Source: the human T2T-CHM13v2.0 reference genome, Homo sapiens
Assembly (NCBI RefSeq): GCF_009914755.1
Contig: NC_060931.1
Reading direction: 5' to 3' (one strand)
Length of the DNA: 64,000 nt
Part shown: piece by piece, positions 16,958 to 32,103 of the stretch
Layout of the letters: the number at the start of each line of letters is the position of its first letter
How positions within the stretch are numbered: the stretch's first letter is position 1
Translations under genes and position numbers: made by a program
Notes under the pieces: model-generated
Seen by the model: only the letters and a program-made list of their open reading frames with translations
Databases searched by the model: none
What the model was told of the DNA's origin: nothing

Positions 16958-19335
16958 TCATTCGTTTTTAAGACTAAATGATATTTCATTGTATGTAGAT
17001 GCTAATTTTGTTTATCCATTTATCTATTGATAGGCACATGCTAATTTTTGATGATTATGAATAATACTACTATGAACATTTATGTGTAAGTTTTGTGTGA
17101 ATGCATATTTTTGTTTCTCTTGGCTACATACCTAGGAAAATAATTTCTGGGTCATGTGGGAACTCTACATTTAACTTTTTGATGAGTTTAAGCATCTTCA
17201 TGCTTTAAAGTTCCCTGGAAGGACAAGGACCTGGCTCTCTGACTCCCCAGGCTGTCTCTTGAAAGGTCCACACTCCAGGTCAGGTTTTTGAGAAGTTACT
17301 TTAATGTTTTATGAAAAGAGAGGTGTCTTCACTTCAACTTTTTAATGAAAAGATTCATCATAATGATTATTATCTCCCTTTCATCATACCTCTCTCCTTA
17401 GCTCTATATACTTTGAGAATGACATTATTCACCTTTTTAAGTAGATAGGTCACATAGCACAGTTATGAGCACATGCTATAGAGGTAGCCTTCCTGGCTTA
17501 CATGCTGCCTTCCCTACTTACCAGCTATATAATTTTGGCCATGTTACTTAACAGTTTCTCATGTATAAAAATGATATGATGACAATATGATATTACTTTC
17601 TTAGGGTTATTGTGGAAATTCAATTAATTAATATCTGTGAAGTCCACAGAATGGTACCTGGCATAGTCTAAGTATTCTATAAATGTTCATTTTTATTATC
17701 CTACTACCAACATTCCACAATGTTTGTCATACAGATGGTGCTCCACGAGTATTTGCTGAATGAGATACATGATAAGAGGGCTTAGCTAGAGCAAGACTCA
17801 TCACATGTAAAGTATTAATAGAATGAACCAGTCCTTCCCATTTGTTCCTAGGGAAACTAATCACTCCTTCCTGGTTGCACCTACAGCACTTAGAACATCC
17901 AATAGAGCTGACATCTGGGCCTTGGAATATTGTGGCTGTGCTCATATCTGTGGCTCACAAACAGCTCCAAGCTCTTCTTCACCTTTTTATAGCTGACACC
18001 CAGCAGAGGAGCCAAGCACTAAGCAGGTTTGCAAATATTCAATGCAACACCTTATTGGTACTTGATTGGCAATAAGACCAGTCTTAAATAAAATCTATAT
18101 ATATATATTAGCCATTAACCAAGACCACCAAGTTTTATGTGCAGTTTTATAATTAGCTAGTAGTACGACATTTGACCATATAGCTACCCTCTTTTGTGTT
18201 TTCCTAAGGTATAATATTGGCCCAGATGAAAATGGGATTTGTTTGGTTCAAAAATCGTCAAAAATCAGCTATTTCATATGATTCAAGCTGATACTTCCAG
18301 CCCTCAAGTTCTATGCCCTAAGCAAGTAGTTCTCAAAAGACTCCTTTAGTCGAGAAAGAAAAAATACTCCTTATGACAGACTCGTACAACATAACGTACA
18401 CACAAGCATGAGTGTACTTAATAAGCATAGGTGACTTTGAAGCACAGCACTAAACGAAGGGAAATACGTATTTATTAACAGTCAGGACCACAATCCCATT
18501 TAAATTTCAAACAACTTTCAGAAATAGGTATCTCTTCACATTACAAATGAAAGAAACAGATGCCAAATGAATCACTTGTAAATGATACAGAAGTATTAAG
18601 TGTGGATCCAGGACTCCCACCTACCCCCAAGTCTATCTGAATATAGAGCCTATGTTTTCCCCACCACGACCCTCTGCTTTCGCTGAGGAAGCCTAACCTA
18701 CACAGAATGGCCCTGGAAAGAATGACTAAAGGATAAGCAGCCAAAACCAGAATGGAAAATAATTCGTATACTCTAATTTTACTGCAGGATGCAACTGCAA
18801 TTTTATTTCAGTCGTACCATTTATTATGAAATATCTCTTCTTGATTTCCTCCCCAAACCTGACATTGAAGTCTCGATGGTAACATTAAAAAATCTCTTAG
18901 CTATATCCTTAAGGGTTCAGAATAAAATCTTCCTGTACATGATAAGAGGCAGCATAGGTCAAGAGCCTACTCTGATTTCTGCTTCTTGGTGATCATACAA
19001 CTTCATACAAGTTACTTGGCCTCCTCTTGCCTCAGCTTCTCACTTCTGGAAAAATTAAGAAAATATCAGTAACTATCATGGAATTTTAAAACACACCTTC
19101 CTTTTCTTACAGAAAAAAAAAAGAGGAGCTAAAAAATTATATTTCTGGGGTTTTTTGTTTGTTTGTTTTTTGTCCATTCTTGGTTAAAAAGGAATCAGCT
19201 AAGGAAACTTGAAGGCAAAAGAGTGACGTAGAAACTACAGATACTTTATTGATAAACAGTTGATGTAAATATCTTATTTTGAGTAGGTGATGTAATGGAA
19301 ATGGTACTAAAACTTGATTAAGTCAAGACAAAACT

Positions 19336-19646
19336 GGCCAGGCATGGTGGCTCATGCCTGTAATCTAAGCCCTTTGAGAGGCTGAGGTAGGTAGATCATC
19401 TGAGCCTGGGAGTTCCAGACCAGCCTGGGCTACATGGCAGAACCCTATCTATACAAAAAATATGAAAATTAGCCAGGTATGGTGGTGTGCACCTGTGGTC
19501 CCAGCTACTTGGGAGGCTGAAGTGGGAAGATTGTGTGAGCTGAGAAGTCGAGGCTGCAGTGAGCTGAGATTGCGCCATTGCACTCCAGCATGGGTGACAG
19601 AGTGAGACCCTGTCTCAAAAACAACAACCACCACCACCAAACAAAC
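19336..19646 (+). mobile_element. AluJ-like
   Basis: Diverged Alu dimer with a CAA/CAC-rich tail. Confidence 0.88.
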
Positions 19647-19956
19647 CTAATATGTTATGAATAAATTTAACTCTGTAACTCCTCTGTATAAGTCATGGCA
19701 GTTTTCCTCTTGTGTGATTTCCTTCTTTTCACTATAAAAAAAATGAGGACTCTTCTGTTGTCGAACTTTGCTAAATCATATTAATAAAATGTATGCCAGT
19801 TAAGGTGTGATTTTTTCTTTTTCTCTTCTTTCTTTTTTCTCCAAAAAGCCATCACAAGAGAGAACAATTTTGTTTTTTTTTGAGATAACGACTAAGATTA
19901 ATGTGGTCCCTTTTATATAAGCTAATAAGACAAATTGTTTTTAATTTTTAAACAAA

Positions 19957-20261
<305 letters not shown>

Positions 20262-20939
20262 TAAATTGTAAAATTAAAACATTAATAAGTTTCTAAACCT
20301 GAATCTAACATGTGGCTTTATGTCCTGATAACTCCACATGATGTTACGATGATTAAAGGAGTAAATTCATGAAAAACACTTAGGACAGTGTCTGGCACAA
20401 GCTAAGTGTTCAGGAAATTATTATTATTAGTGTTGCATCTTAATGGTCTCAAGCTATTATTTTTCACCCATCATATTTAGTGTAAAATAGAATTTGGCCC
20501 TGGGAATCAATGACCACATACATGGTATAACTAATCTCAAATATTTAAATTGACTAAGATATCTATGTTTCATTAAGGTAATCTTGGCCCATAGAGTCTA
20601 ACTAGATCAATCGTTTACAATCATTAAAAGAAAAAAAAGTGAAGCACATAATGCAAAAACATTTCACAGGACTCCATGTGATATAAATTATATAAATTGT
20701 TATTTTGTTTTATCCCCTAGCTGAAAAAAATACATAAAGATTAAAAGCTACCATAAATCCTCTAATGCTTTGAAATTAATTTGTATTTTGTTTTTGACAA
20801 CGTATATTTGAAAATTTATATTTGAGCCATATTCATTCACACGGCAGTTAAGCTTGTAGAATATACAGATTCACTGGCGTTTTAATAGCTTAATGAGCTC
20901 CTGGGAAGCCATGGCTAGCCATTAGGAATAATGAGTTAG

Positions 20940-21110
20940 AAAGGTCAGCAAAACCTTTTCTGCAGAGGGCCAGAGAGTAAATATATTAGGCTCTGCTGGC
21001 CATGTATGTCTCTGTTGAAACAACTCAACTTTGCCATTGTAGCAGTGGGCAACATGTAAACAAATGGGTGTAGCTGTGTTCCAATAAGACTTCACTTTCA
21101 AAAGCCTCAG
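20940..21110. mobile_element. MER58A-like hAT MITE
   Basis: ggtcagcaaaaccttttctgcagagggccagagagtaaatat...gctgtgttccaataagactt resembles recalled MER58. Confidence 0.7.
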
Positions 21111-21739
21111 CCCACACTGAAGGTGGGGAGGTTATGCAAAGGTGTAAATGCCAGGCAGCAGGCATCACTGGGAGTCCTCGCAGAGGCTGCTGGCCACATA
21201 ACCCAATGCTCACGATCCCCAAAGTGTATTTGGAGGAACATGAATTGTTGATGTGTTTGGGAATTTTTTTGAAGCTGCATTTTATATTTAAACTATATTT
21301 TCAAAATTTCACACAGGAGCTTCAATCAAGCTGTGTAATAAGTATATGGGAGTCATTTATATTATTCTCTATAATTTATTTGTAATATATCAAAACAAAA
21401 ATGCCTCAAAAATATACAGTAAAAGAATCAAACACATTCCTAGAGTTGTTTTTATGAACAATCTGTTTATATAGTGCTGGTTTATGTTTTATATCTTGTC
21501 ATAATTTTAACATATGTTTAAGTATGAATGTTTATATAATAGTAAGTTTCTCTCATAGACCATCTCTCTTCTGCTTACCACATTTCCTTTAACACCCTAA
21601 TTACAACGACTCTGAGATTCTACCTGAAAAATTAGCAAGATGCCCCCACATTCTAGCTTTTCTCTCCACAAATATTGAGGAAAGTCCCAGCTTTGTTTAC
21701 ACATGTCCTTGAGTCAGACCTCATTGCCACCTACTGATG

Positions 21740-22152
21740 TGATATAATTTGGGTGTGTGTCTCCTCCAAATCTCATGTTCAAATGTGACCTCCAATGTTG
21801 CAGATGAGCCTAGTGAGAGGTGTTTGGGTCACGGGGGCAAATCTTTCATCAATGGCTTGGTGCCATCCCAATGGTAATGAGTGAGCTCTCATTCTGGCAG
21901 TTCACACGAGAGCTAGGTTATTTAAAGGAGACTGGGACCTCCTCCTCCCTCTCTTACTACCTCTCTCCTGCCATGTGATATGTCCACTTCCCCTTTGTCT
22001 TCCACTATGAATGGAAGCTTCCTGAGGCCCTCCCGAAGCAGATGGTGTTATCATGCTTCTTACACAGAACTATGAGCCAAATAAACCTCTTTTCTTTATA
22101 AATTACCCAGCCTCAGGCATTCCTTTATAGCAATGCAAGGTAGACTAACACG
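21740..22152 (+). mobile_element. MSTB-like MaLR solo LTR
   Basis: tgatataatttgggtgtgtgtctcctccaaatctcatg...aataaacctcttttctttataaattacccag...gactaacac; 5-bp TSD tgatg on both sides. Confidence 0.88.
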
Positions 22153-22567
22153 TGATGCTCATTTTTTTTTAAAGCCTGCAAACAGTAAGAAGATTCCCCT
22201 CTCTTTCTCAGTGGATGTAAAGCAGTGATTCTGCATAAATGTATCAACACTATAGCTCAACTCCTTCTGGAGTGGACTTCCCCTAGACCTGGAGAGCGAG
22301 TCCTGCCTAGCATACACGGCCTGAAGTTCGAGATCTCTTCCAATTCAGGTAATATTCCGCTTTCTGTATGCCTGATCTCTACATATATCTGACATTGATT
22401 TTTAACTCAAATGAGGAAACAGGAAATTATTAATTACAATCTCCTAAAACTACAACAGGTGTTATAAAACTTCTGAATATAAACAGGCAGACAGCAAAAA
22501 TGTACACAGGCATAAAATGTAAACTTGAGTGAGAAAAAGGAGCTGAAAAATGAAAGGCTCGCTTTGA

Positions 22568-23078
<511 letters not shown>

Positions 23079-23319
23079 TTAATTTTTCTTTATTGGAAAA
23101 GAAGGAAAATCTATATTTTTAAGGCCACCAGCCACAGCACTTAGAGAAGAAGGAGGACGTATATTGCTTTTGCTGTTTCCTGTTAGCCTGACATTTGCGA
23201 CTACATTGACTCTGCTGGGGTCACTTTCTCTAATTTGTGGATTTTTTTTTCTTTCTCAACTGCCTGGAGGATATGTATGGGTCCATGACTCGGCCACCAC
23301 ATAAGATTGTGAAGATTAT

Positions 23320-23477
23320 ACCTGTCAAGGGTGCCCAGTCAAGGAAGAAGAGTGGCTGAATTCAGCCTGTGCTCTGCCTGAAAGCCCTATGCTCTGTGTG
23401 GGCCTTAGTCCACCTAGAGGAAGGGGTACCTTTTAAAAGTACACACAAAGGCACATCATGGGCTGGCCGCAGCCCTG
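23320..23477 (-). mobile_element. MER91-like hAT fragment
   Basis: gaggaaggggtacctttt...cacaaaggcacatcatgggctggccgcagccctg resembles the recalled MER91 end. Confidence 0.5.
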
Positions 23478-24209
23478 CCTGGCCCCAGGTGAGCTAGCAG
23501 TGCCAGATGCCTCCAGAATAGACTGGAAGGCCTTCTGTCCCTCTATTATGTCAAAACTGCAACTGGAACTACTTTGTCCAAGGAAAGGAGAGAGAAACCA
23601 TAGGAAAAGGCCATAGGAGAATGGTGTCTGGAAAAAAAAAACTGCAAAGAATATAAGAGATATGAATGAAGCAGATGCAATGAAACAACAGGTTTAATTT
23701 CAGGCTTATTTTAGCGAATGGAATAGAATCCCCATTGAGTAAACACGAATACAAAGGGTTTATTGAGAAGATACAGAGGAATTGCACAGAGCCAAAAGCC
23801 CAGTCTGGCTTCACAAGACTTGGAAAACTAGAGTGAGGTTCAAGGAGGTTTTCCCCGTTCATTTCTCCAGAGTCACACAGCCTCTCCTCTCCTCACCTCT
23901 GTACTGTCTGCTCTACTCTTCAGTCTCTCTCTAAAGACAAGTTTTTCTTACTCGTTAGAAAGCTCACGGCAAAAAATGGCTCCTCGATCTCAACTTTATG
24001 GGACCATTCTCTTCATGCATTCACTGTTCTCCGACCACAATGTCTATAGATTTGGATCAAATTTCCAAGAGATGAGAGAGCAAATTCCTATTTTACTCAC
24101 TTGCAGATTCAAAATTAACACAGATATGATTTGTAAAGAGAGTATTTCTACCAGTCTTGACCAGGACAGTAGATTTCTATATTGAGTTCTACAGATCAGC
24201 CCATAGCTG

Positions 24210-24668
24210 TGTTGAAGTCAGATAAAATATAAAGACTAATCTCTAAATTTAAAACATTTTATTTGGGAAGCAAAGATTGGATTCAGCACATACCCACAGA
24301 CTGGCTGGCCTTTAGTATGTCCAAAGAAAAAAGAGAAGGTTGGAGGCTTTTATAAAAAGGACAAATGTTACATATTATTTTGAAAGTAATTTCATTGGCA
24401 CTAGTAAGGTTTTGGATAGCTGGCAAGCTCTGGTTGGTGAACGATGGTGGTGGCTGAAACTAGTTGTAGAGTTACAGCAGGCTGTTTCTGTAGCTATTAT
24501 ATTAAAACTGGTTCACGTTAAAACAGGCAGTTTCGGCAGCCAGGTTTGCAGAGAATTACATTCTTGGAGCAATATGATATGCCCTGAGTGCATTTTCCCC
24601 CTGGTTCCTCAACTCTGATTTAGTTGAGTATAACAAGAATGACCCAATTTGTGTGATCAACTTTCACA
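24210..24668 (-). mobile_element. ERV1-class solo LTR (MER65-like)
   Basis: TG...CA termini (minus strand begins tgtgaaagttgatcacacaaattgggtcattcttg); 4-bp TSD gctg at 24206-24209 and 24669-24672. Confidence 0.75.
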
Positions 24669-26237
24669 GCTGGTTCCCAATCATTGAGTCACAAAGTAAG
24701 AAATAATCAAGACAAGATATAAGCAATTTTATGAAAATTCCCCCACAATGTGATGAATTTATTGATGATCATCAACAGTGAAATAACCATGCTTAAAACT
24801 CCCTGTTCCATATAAATTATTGAACTGACAGACACAGGCATGTGACTTATCAAAGAAAAAAATAAGTATGCTTTTTAGCTAGAATGCCTGGGGAATTAAT
24901 GAGTTCAAAACTTAGGGAGATGCATTATTCTCTCTTGTTAAACAAAATGAGACCGTATTTATGGGTTAATATTTGGCAAAGGTGTACAACTACCATCAGA
25001 GATGGCTTTGAACAGTCATGGAGTCTGAATGCTTTATTTAGCAAAAATTGTACAAGAACCCTATTAGAATACTAAGGCTACAAAATTCAGAGCAGGTAAC
25101 CTTGATTTATATGTGTAGGAAAAATAAGTCTTTCAAATGTCAGAGTCTGGAGTTTTCTGCAATTAAGTCATAATTTTTGCTATTTTTACAGGTCAACAAG
25201 AAAACTCAATTCCTCTTCAGGAAGTTAAGTGACTTAAAGATTACATAAGAGCTAAGAAGACAAGCCAGCTAAGCATGTTCAAGACCGGGCTTTTTGAAAC
25301 TGCACTAATTGATCATAACGGTGTGAGTTTCAAGCCCCTTCATAGCTTTCCTATAGCTCACTCTGTGCCTCTCCCAAATGACAAAAACAAGGCAAACCCA
25401 TAGAGTATGAGTTTACATCATATGCAAAAAACACAAGTCCAGAGTATAGAAAATGGAAGAAGAAAAATGAAATCAATGAACTTTAATATCGTTGAAGTTA
25501 ACACTATATCCATGGAACTTTGATCTGGCATAGTTTTTTGCCACATTTTATTTAAAAGATTTCAATTTATGCATCCTTTTCCACATCTAGGTTATGGATT
25601 CTGGCAGATATAAGATTGTCTCTTATTTAATCTCTGTATCCTTAGCAACTAGTGATATACCTAGCACAGAAAAAGCACTCAACACATTTGATGAATGAAT
25701 GTGATTGTTCTGTTGACAAAAGGATAATAATCTCTTGACTAGAAAAAAAATCATTCTAAAAATCATCACATCAGGGACTAAAAGAATTTGGGAGTTTATT
25801 TACTGTTGTTCCTCTTTGTTTAAACACAGCAGGCCCTCCCAAGTATCCTATTGCATCTGGCCCACAAGATCTAGTTGCAGAGATAAATGATTCAAGAAAA
25901 TTTCCCTGGCTTACTCCCCATTTATACCAGATCCACTACTTTTGCTTCCATCCTCCATTTCTCTGAATTCAGGGCCCAGTACCTCTGACTTTGATCAATG
26001 CTTTGGGCTCCTTCAGGTTTGATGACTGATAGAAGTTCCCCTCTGGTTCATGAAACCTCTGCCTCCCACATGACTCTTGTCCTAGCTTGCTTCACAATGA
26101 TTATGATTGTATTAGGCTCCATAAATACCATCATGATAATCAAATCAACACTCTTAGAGGGCTAACTGATAATGGCAATGAATACACCATGAATTCAATG
26201 GAGACACCTGTCTGTCATTACTTGTGTAAACGATACT

Positions 26238-26405
26238 CATTAGTGGTTCTCTGCCTTGGCTGTTCATGGGAAATACCTGGGGAAATCTAGAAATATTGAT
26301 GCTTACCCCCATAGATTTTAACAGGATTGGCTTGGGGGAGGCCTGGCATTAGAACTTTTTAAAAACTTTCAGCGGATTCTTACATAAAGTTTTCAAATCA
26401 CTGCT
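26238..26405. mobile_element. MER5-like MITE
   Basis: agtggttctctgccttggctg...ggcctggcatt...ttcaaatcactg. Confidence 0.6.
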
Positions 26406-26899
26406 TTAGGCTGAAAACCTAACTGGTGCAATTTTTTCCATATTGCAGAGAATAGACATTACAAAATGAAAATGAAAAAATTTCCTAGCTTTGTGTTCTA
26501 GTTTCTTGTCTGTGTATACCATAACATTTATCTAAGTATTGCTAGGTGAATGTAGGTTGGCTGAGATGACATGTTAAAAATTTCCCTGGAGTAAAATGAG
26601 CTATATTGAGTGGATAGGTTTGAGACATGTTAAAACCAAAAAATCCAAAACGTTAATGCCATAAGGATTGATTCTTCTCTCTAAAGTGAGAACCAGGGGA
26701 GAATGTTCTCCTCCACTTCCTATCTTAACTGAAGGCTGAAAGCTGTCCATCCCCACTCCCACCCCACAGGATCAACAAGAACTGGCATTCTCTGACTGTC
26801 CCCTCCCACTTGCAGGTCATTTGCCCAGGCATTGGCTATTTCGAGAGCTGTCTGTCTGGAGACATAGGGAACTTAGCTGTTAATGGAGGGACAAATGCC

Positions 26900-27850
26900 A
26901 GCCCTGGGAGCTGACTCATGCCTAAAATATGCAGAGGGAGCCCAAGGGAATGCAGGCTTCCTTTCTCTTCCTTTCTATTTGTCTTTAAACAGCTGATGGG
27001 GAAGCTCCCTTGCTACAGGCAACTGAGAAATAGTGCTGACTCAGCTTCTGTTCCAAGGCTCAAGAGATAAGGGCATAGCACAGCCCTGGGTGCTGGCATC
27101 TTCAATTTTAACTCCTGTTTGCCATTTGTCCCTCTCTCTAGACCATAAGTGTCTGCTTATATGTTGTGCCAAAAGTAAAGCTTCAATTTCTAGAAGAAAA
27201 GGAGAGTTTATTACATTTAACAAAAATGGCAAACAATACTGTAAAAATTGCATACCATGTACAGTTTAAATAAACTACATATAGTATATTTGGCTTCTTT
27301 CATTAGGCCTCATTATTATGGTTGTCTTCGATTTCTCCATTGATAGTGATCCTCCCCTTGGATAGTCCTGGTTTGAGGCCAGGGCAGAGCTGGGAGGAGA
27401 GGGGTCACTAACTGTTCACAGCTTGCACCATCCCTAACATGAGATTCCAAATGAATTTTGCCACAGCCCAATTCTTACAGACCCTTCAGGCTGTAGCAGT
27501 GTCATTTAAGACACCTGGCTCTTCTCCAGAGACACATTCGAACAGGCATTGCAATCACCTTGCTGGCAGAAGAAAGAGGAGATAGGACAGTCCATTAGTG
27601 GCTAGAGCTGCAACTTGAACAGAGTCAGAGACAGGCCAAAAGAAGCAGGTAGCCCACGGGCAGGCAGCGAAAGCTGACATTCTCTCTGGACAGGGCTATG
27701 TCACAGGAGAGCTCACGGCAGGGCTTGTGTGGATTAAGATGAGGGTTAGAGATAAACAGCAGACTCCTCAGTATCTTGAACAGCAGGCCTCAGCTTGCCT
27801 TGTATGTGGAGACAGCAATGAATGGGTCTCCTTGGCAACGGAGGCATGCA
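26900..27850. promoter_or_regulatory. Candidate enhancer with MARE/ARE, GATA and RFX motifs
   Basis: gctgactcat at 26910-26919; TGCTGACTCAGCT at 27034-27046; AGATAA at ~27065 and ~27750; GTCTCCTTGGCAAC at 27826-27839. The region is not recognisably repetitive. Confidence 0.4.
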
Positions 27851-28149
27851 TGCTCAGCAGGACTACCGGGCAGGCATCTGCAAGCCTGCGATGAGTGTTG
27901 GTGTCCCTGCCCTCTTCTTCTTAATGTTCATGTCATCTAAGTATACCGCCCTTTTACTCCTCTTCACTGCTGTCATCTACTGCCTTCAGATCACTGTCCA
28001 TCATTGCGTAGAAATCTTCTCCACCACAAATCCTGAGAGATTTCAACCTCTATTTAGATAGCCACTGAGCAATATTGCTTTGTAATTCCTGAGTCTCCTT
28101 TGCTGCATTGCATTTCAGCCTCCTAATCCAAGGAGCTGATCTGGGATCT

Positions 28150-29600
28150 TAATATCCTCCAAATGCCCCAATTCAGAAATCCTAACTCCAGTTGTCCGGT
28201 CTCAGATTATCCCCTATCCTTTCTGCTGTCTCTACCTTCAAACCATCTGTTCACAGAGACTCCTAATTCCTTGACTTGTTCTTTCATTAAGGTCTAACAG
28301 GATCCTCTTAGCCTCTCTTCTTCCATTACACTGGCCAGACCCCTTCATTCTAAATTACTACCTCACCAGAAAGATCAAAACTTATGATCAATTTTACAAC
28401 CTACCTTTTCTGATTCTAAACTCTGGTGTTGCTGCTGCAAGTGCACACTGGCACAAAGTTACTATACAATTCATTTGTGCTTTTCAATCTCAGCCTAGCC
28501 CTGAGCAATTTGTCAACCTTCCTGTTTGTCTTTGACCAGGTTCTTCATCCCACTTCTCAATGGCTCTCAGTTGACCACCTCATCTCATACTTTATTCACA
28601 AAATTGGCAGTGTCAGTAAAACATCCTATATCATCCTACTCATACACATTACAAAGTTGCCTGCCTCCTCTGCCCAAGTCTCAGAGGGCAAGTTCTTCCT
28701 GCCCTCATCACCACTGGGAACCTACTCCCTCCTGCTCCCTCTGCAATTGGCTTCATCAATCTTTTTCTTGTTTTCCTTTACCTTCAACCTCACCTTCTTC
28801 ATTGAGCCCTCCTCTAGTATCTACAGACCTGCTCATGTTCCTCTCAACCTAACATTTTATGCCTTGTATATTTCAAAGGAAGCTAGAAATGCAGATTTCT
28901 TGAGATACCTCTCAATTCTTAACTGTTGGCAACTATTTTTAAAAAATATTGTAAACACTGGTGAGGGAAACAAAATGAAAATTTGGGCCAACTTGGTCCA
29001 AAGGCTGTGGATGAGTGCCCATGGATTCCATGGCTGAATTTGCTTGGTTTTCTTTGGGAATCTTTGGTTTTTGCTGCTGGTGGTTGTTTGTGAGCCAACC
29101 TCCCTCTGCCTACTCAGGTGTTCATCCCCAGCCCACGAGTCTTCTCTTACTACACAGTCTTTCTGAGTGACGTCCTAAGTCTATATCTCACACTCTTACC
29201 TATGCTTTTGTTTCTGACTTCCATTTCCAGTTCCTGCTATAGCTGGAAATCTTACAAACACTTCAAAGTCCACACCAGCCCTCCCATCACCCCCAACCTC
29301 TATCCTTCGCTAAGCCAACACCTACACATAATTTAAGACTCAGCTTCCCTGAAACCAAGCTGCCCTCCTCTCCATTTCTCTCTCAGGATTGGGATACCCC
29401 TCCCATGTCTTCAGAACATTTTTATAATTATACTTTCTAGAAAGTATTATAATGATCTGTCTTGGTATCTGTCTTACCCACCTACAATGGGACATGTCAA
29501 TGAGCAGGGGCTGTGTCTCATTAATCTTTGTAATCCCAGCTTCAAGCATAGTGCTGAAATATAGTAGCTTCCTATTAAATGCTTGGCAAATTAATAAACA
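28150..29600. mobile_element. Degraded L2-like remnants
   Basis: Pyrimidine-rich sequence ending in an L2-type 3' end (agcagggggctgtgtctcattaatctttgtaatcccagc...aaatgcttggcaaattaat). Confidence 0.5.
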
Positions 29601-29777
29601 AACAAGAGAAAAATGCACTAAAACAGAAAATTGTCATATGCCCACAGAACACATTTCCTATGTTATTTTTATTTATGGTCTCTGTTACATAATTCGTGTT
29701 ATAGTTAACGTAAAATTTTGGTATTTTATCAGAAAAAAATATTTTCCCTTGTTACTTTTTAAATTAAGAAAAAACTT

Positions 29778-29883
29778 AGACTAGTCAAGTGCAGTAGAGA
29801 GAAGGCAGGGAAGAGTGGAACAACAAGTTCAATCTGTAACTATGAACAATCAATTGAGATAACTCACTGCCTTCAGACCAGCC
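29778..29883 (-). pseudogene. Y1 RNA (RNY1) retropseudogene
   Basis: Reverse complement GGCTGGTCTGAAGGCAGTGAGTTATCTCAATTGATTGTTCA----TAGTTACAGATTGAACTTGTTGTTCCACTCTT...CTACTGCACTTGACTAGTCT matches hY1 with substitutions and a 4-bp deletion. Imperfect flanking repeat ttgtta(c/t)ttt. Confidence 0.92.
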
Positions 29884-30145
29884 TTAATTGTTATTTTGTA
29901 AAGCATTTATTTGCATGATAAAATAAAACTTTATTACATTCAGCAATAAAAAATATAAAACTGAATGATGGAAGTCAATTAATAAGGTAGGATTTGCCAA
30001 ATAAACATACAAAACATAATGATACACATTTCTTTTATTAAGTGAGAGATTTACTAGGACAATTTTCTACCATAAAAATGGAAAAATTAGGGTTTTTTGT
30101 TTTTGAAATTATTTATTTATTTATATGTATTATTATTATTATTAC

Positions 30146-30433
30146 CTTTTTTTTTTTTGAGACAAGGTCTTGCTTTGTAGCTCAGGCTGGAATGCAGTGG
30201 CACAATCATGGCTCAGTGCAGCCCCCGGGTTCAAGCGATCCTCCCGCCTCTGCCTCCATGAGTAGCTGGGACCACAGGCGGGCACCACCACGCCCTGCTA
30301 ATTTTTCTTTTGTGTTGTTTGTAGAGACGGGGTTTCACCATGTTGCCCAGGCTGGTCTAGAAGTCCTGGGCTGAAGCGATCCGACCGCCTCCCAAAGTGC
30401 TGGGATTACAGGAGTGAGCCATCTCGCCCAGCC
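30146..30433 (-). mobile_element. AluJ-like, CpG-retaining
   Basis: Alu dimer with an internal deletion; many CpGs intact. Confidence 0.88.
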
Positions 30434-30752
30434 GAAAAAGTGTTTTTTGATCTTAAAATCTTACGTGGAATGAAAGTGAACAATGAGGCAATGAAAGTGG
30501 AAGTTTCTCTTAAGCAAACACAGAAGTCAACCATTCCAGCTTTCTAAGGTACTGGTAATACTCTTTCGTCTATTTTATTTTATGGCATAATTTTAAGACT
30601 CCTGTGAGCTATGTCTTTAGGGGAAGTTTGGGAAGGACAGGCAGAGTGTCAATACTAAATTAACATCAGTTTAATTTCCGCCCATGGTTATCTGGGCCTC
30701 ATTCCAGCATTAAGACTTTCAGAAAAAACATTGAGATAAAGCTGTCTTTTTA

Positions 30753-30771
30753 TACCAACAGGTGGCAGTAT
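30753..30771 (+). promoter_or_regulatory. CTCF-binding motif
   Basis: TACCAACAGGTGGCAGTAT matches the CTCF core CCASYAGRKGGCRS with one mismatch; local CpG retention nearby. Confidence 0.6.
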
Positions 30772-30818
30772 TGCTTTGAAACAAACGACAGCAACGACAC
30801 CGTACTGTCCCATTTTAA

Positions 30819-31535
<717 letters not shown>

Positions 31536-32103
31536 AAGTGGATTAAATAAAGCACAAACGTGGTATTTGAAGAAAAATTAAAAAGGACTCACCAATATCG
31601 CCCGTTCATTCAGAGCCTTGCCTTTGGAAGAAACACACACTCATTTATCTTCCCCCAGGAAGGCCTCTTTCCTATCAAGTAAACCTAGAGTGATGATTAA
31701 TGCAGAAAAACAGGCCCCGTGTTGCAAATGATAAGTTTGCTTCTCTGAGAACCTCCAGATTAGGTTACATTCAATTCACTAATCTAGTCTCCAGCCTGGC
31801 AAAAATTTACTGTGAAAACGTCTTCAAGTAAGTTTCTTTTTTACACTGACTGTTGGGATAGGACTGGAATCAGCGATCACAATTTGATCCTAATTTGTTG
31901 ATGTTCCCTTAATTTTTAAAATTTTTTGCATGTACATGCACTCATGTAACCATCACACTGATTAAAATATAGAATATTTCTAGTACCTAAGAAGGTTTCC
32001 TATGCTCGCTCAAACTTTAAAATCAGAAAAAAATATATTTCTCAATTTGTGTGTTTAAAACCAAAACAAACAAATACAAAACATGAAGTAGAAGGGTTGG
32101 GGA

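Noticed and set aside
28426-29037. 203-aa ORF
   Set aside because: It has a non-ATG start and Leu/Ser/Phe-rich composition, lies in pyrimidine-rich L2-like remnants, and has no recognisable domain.
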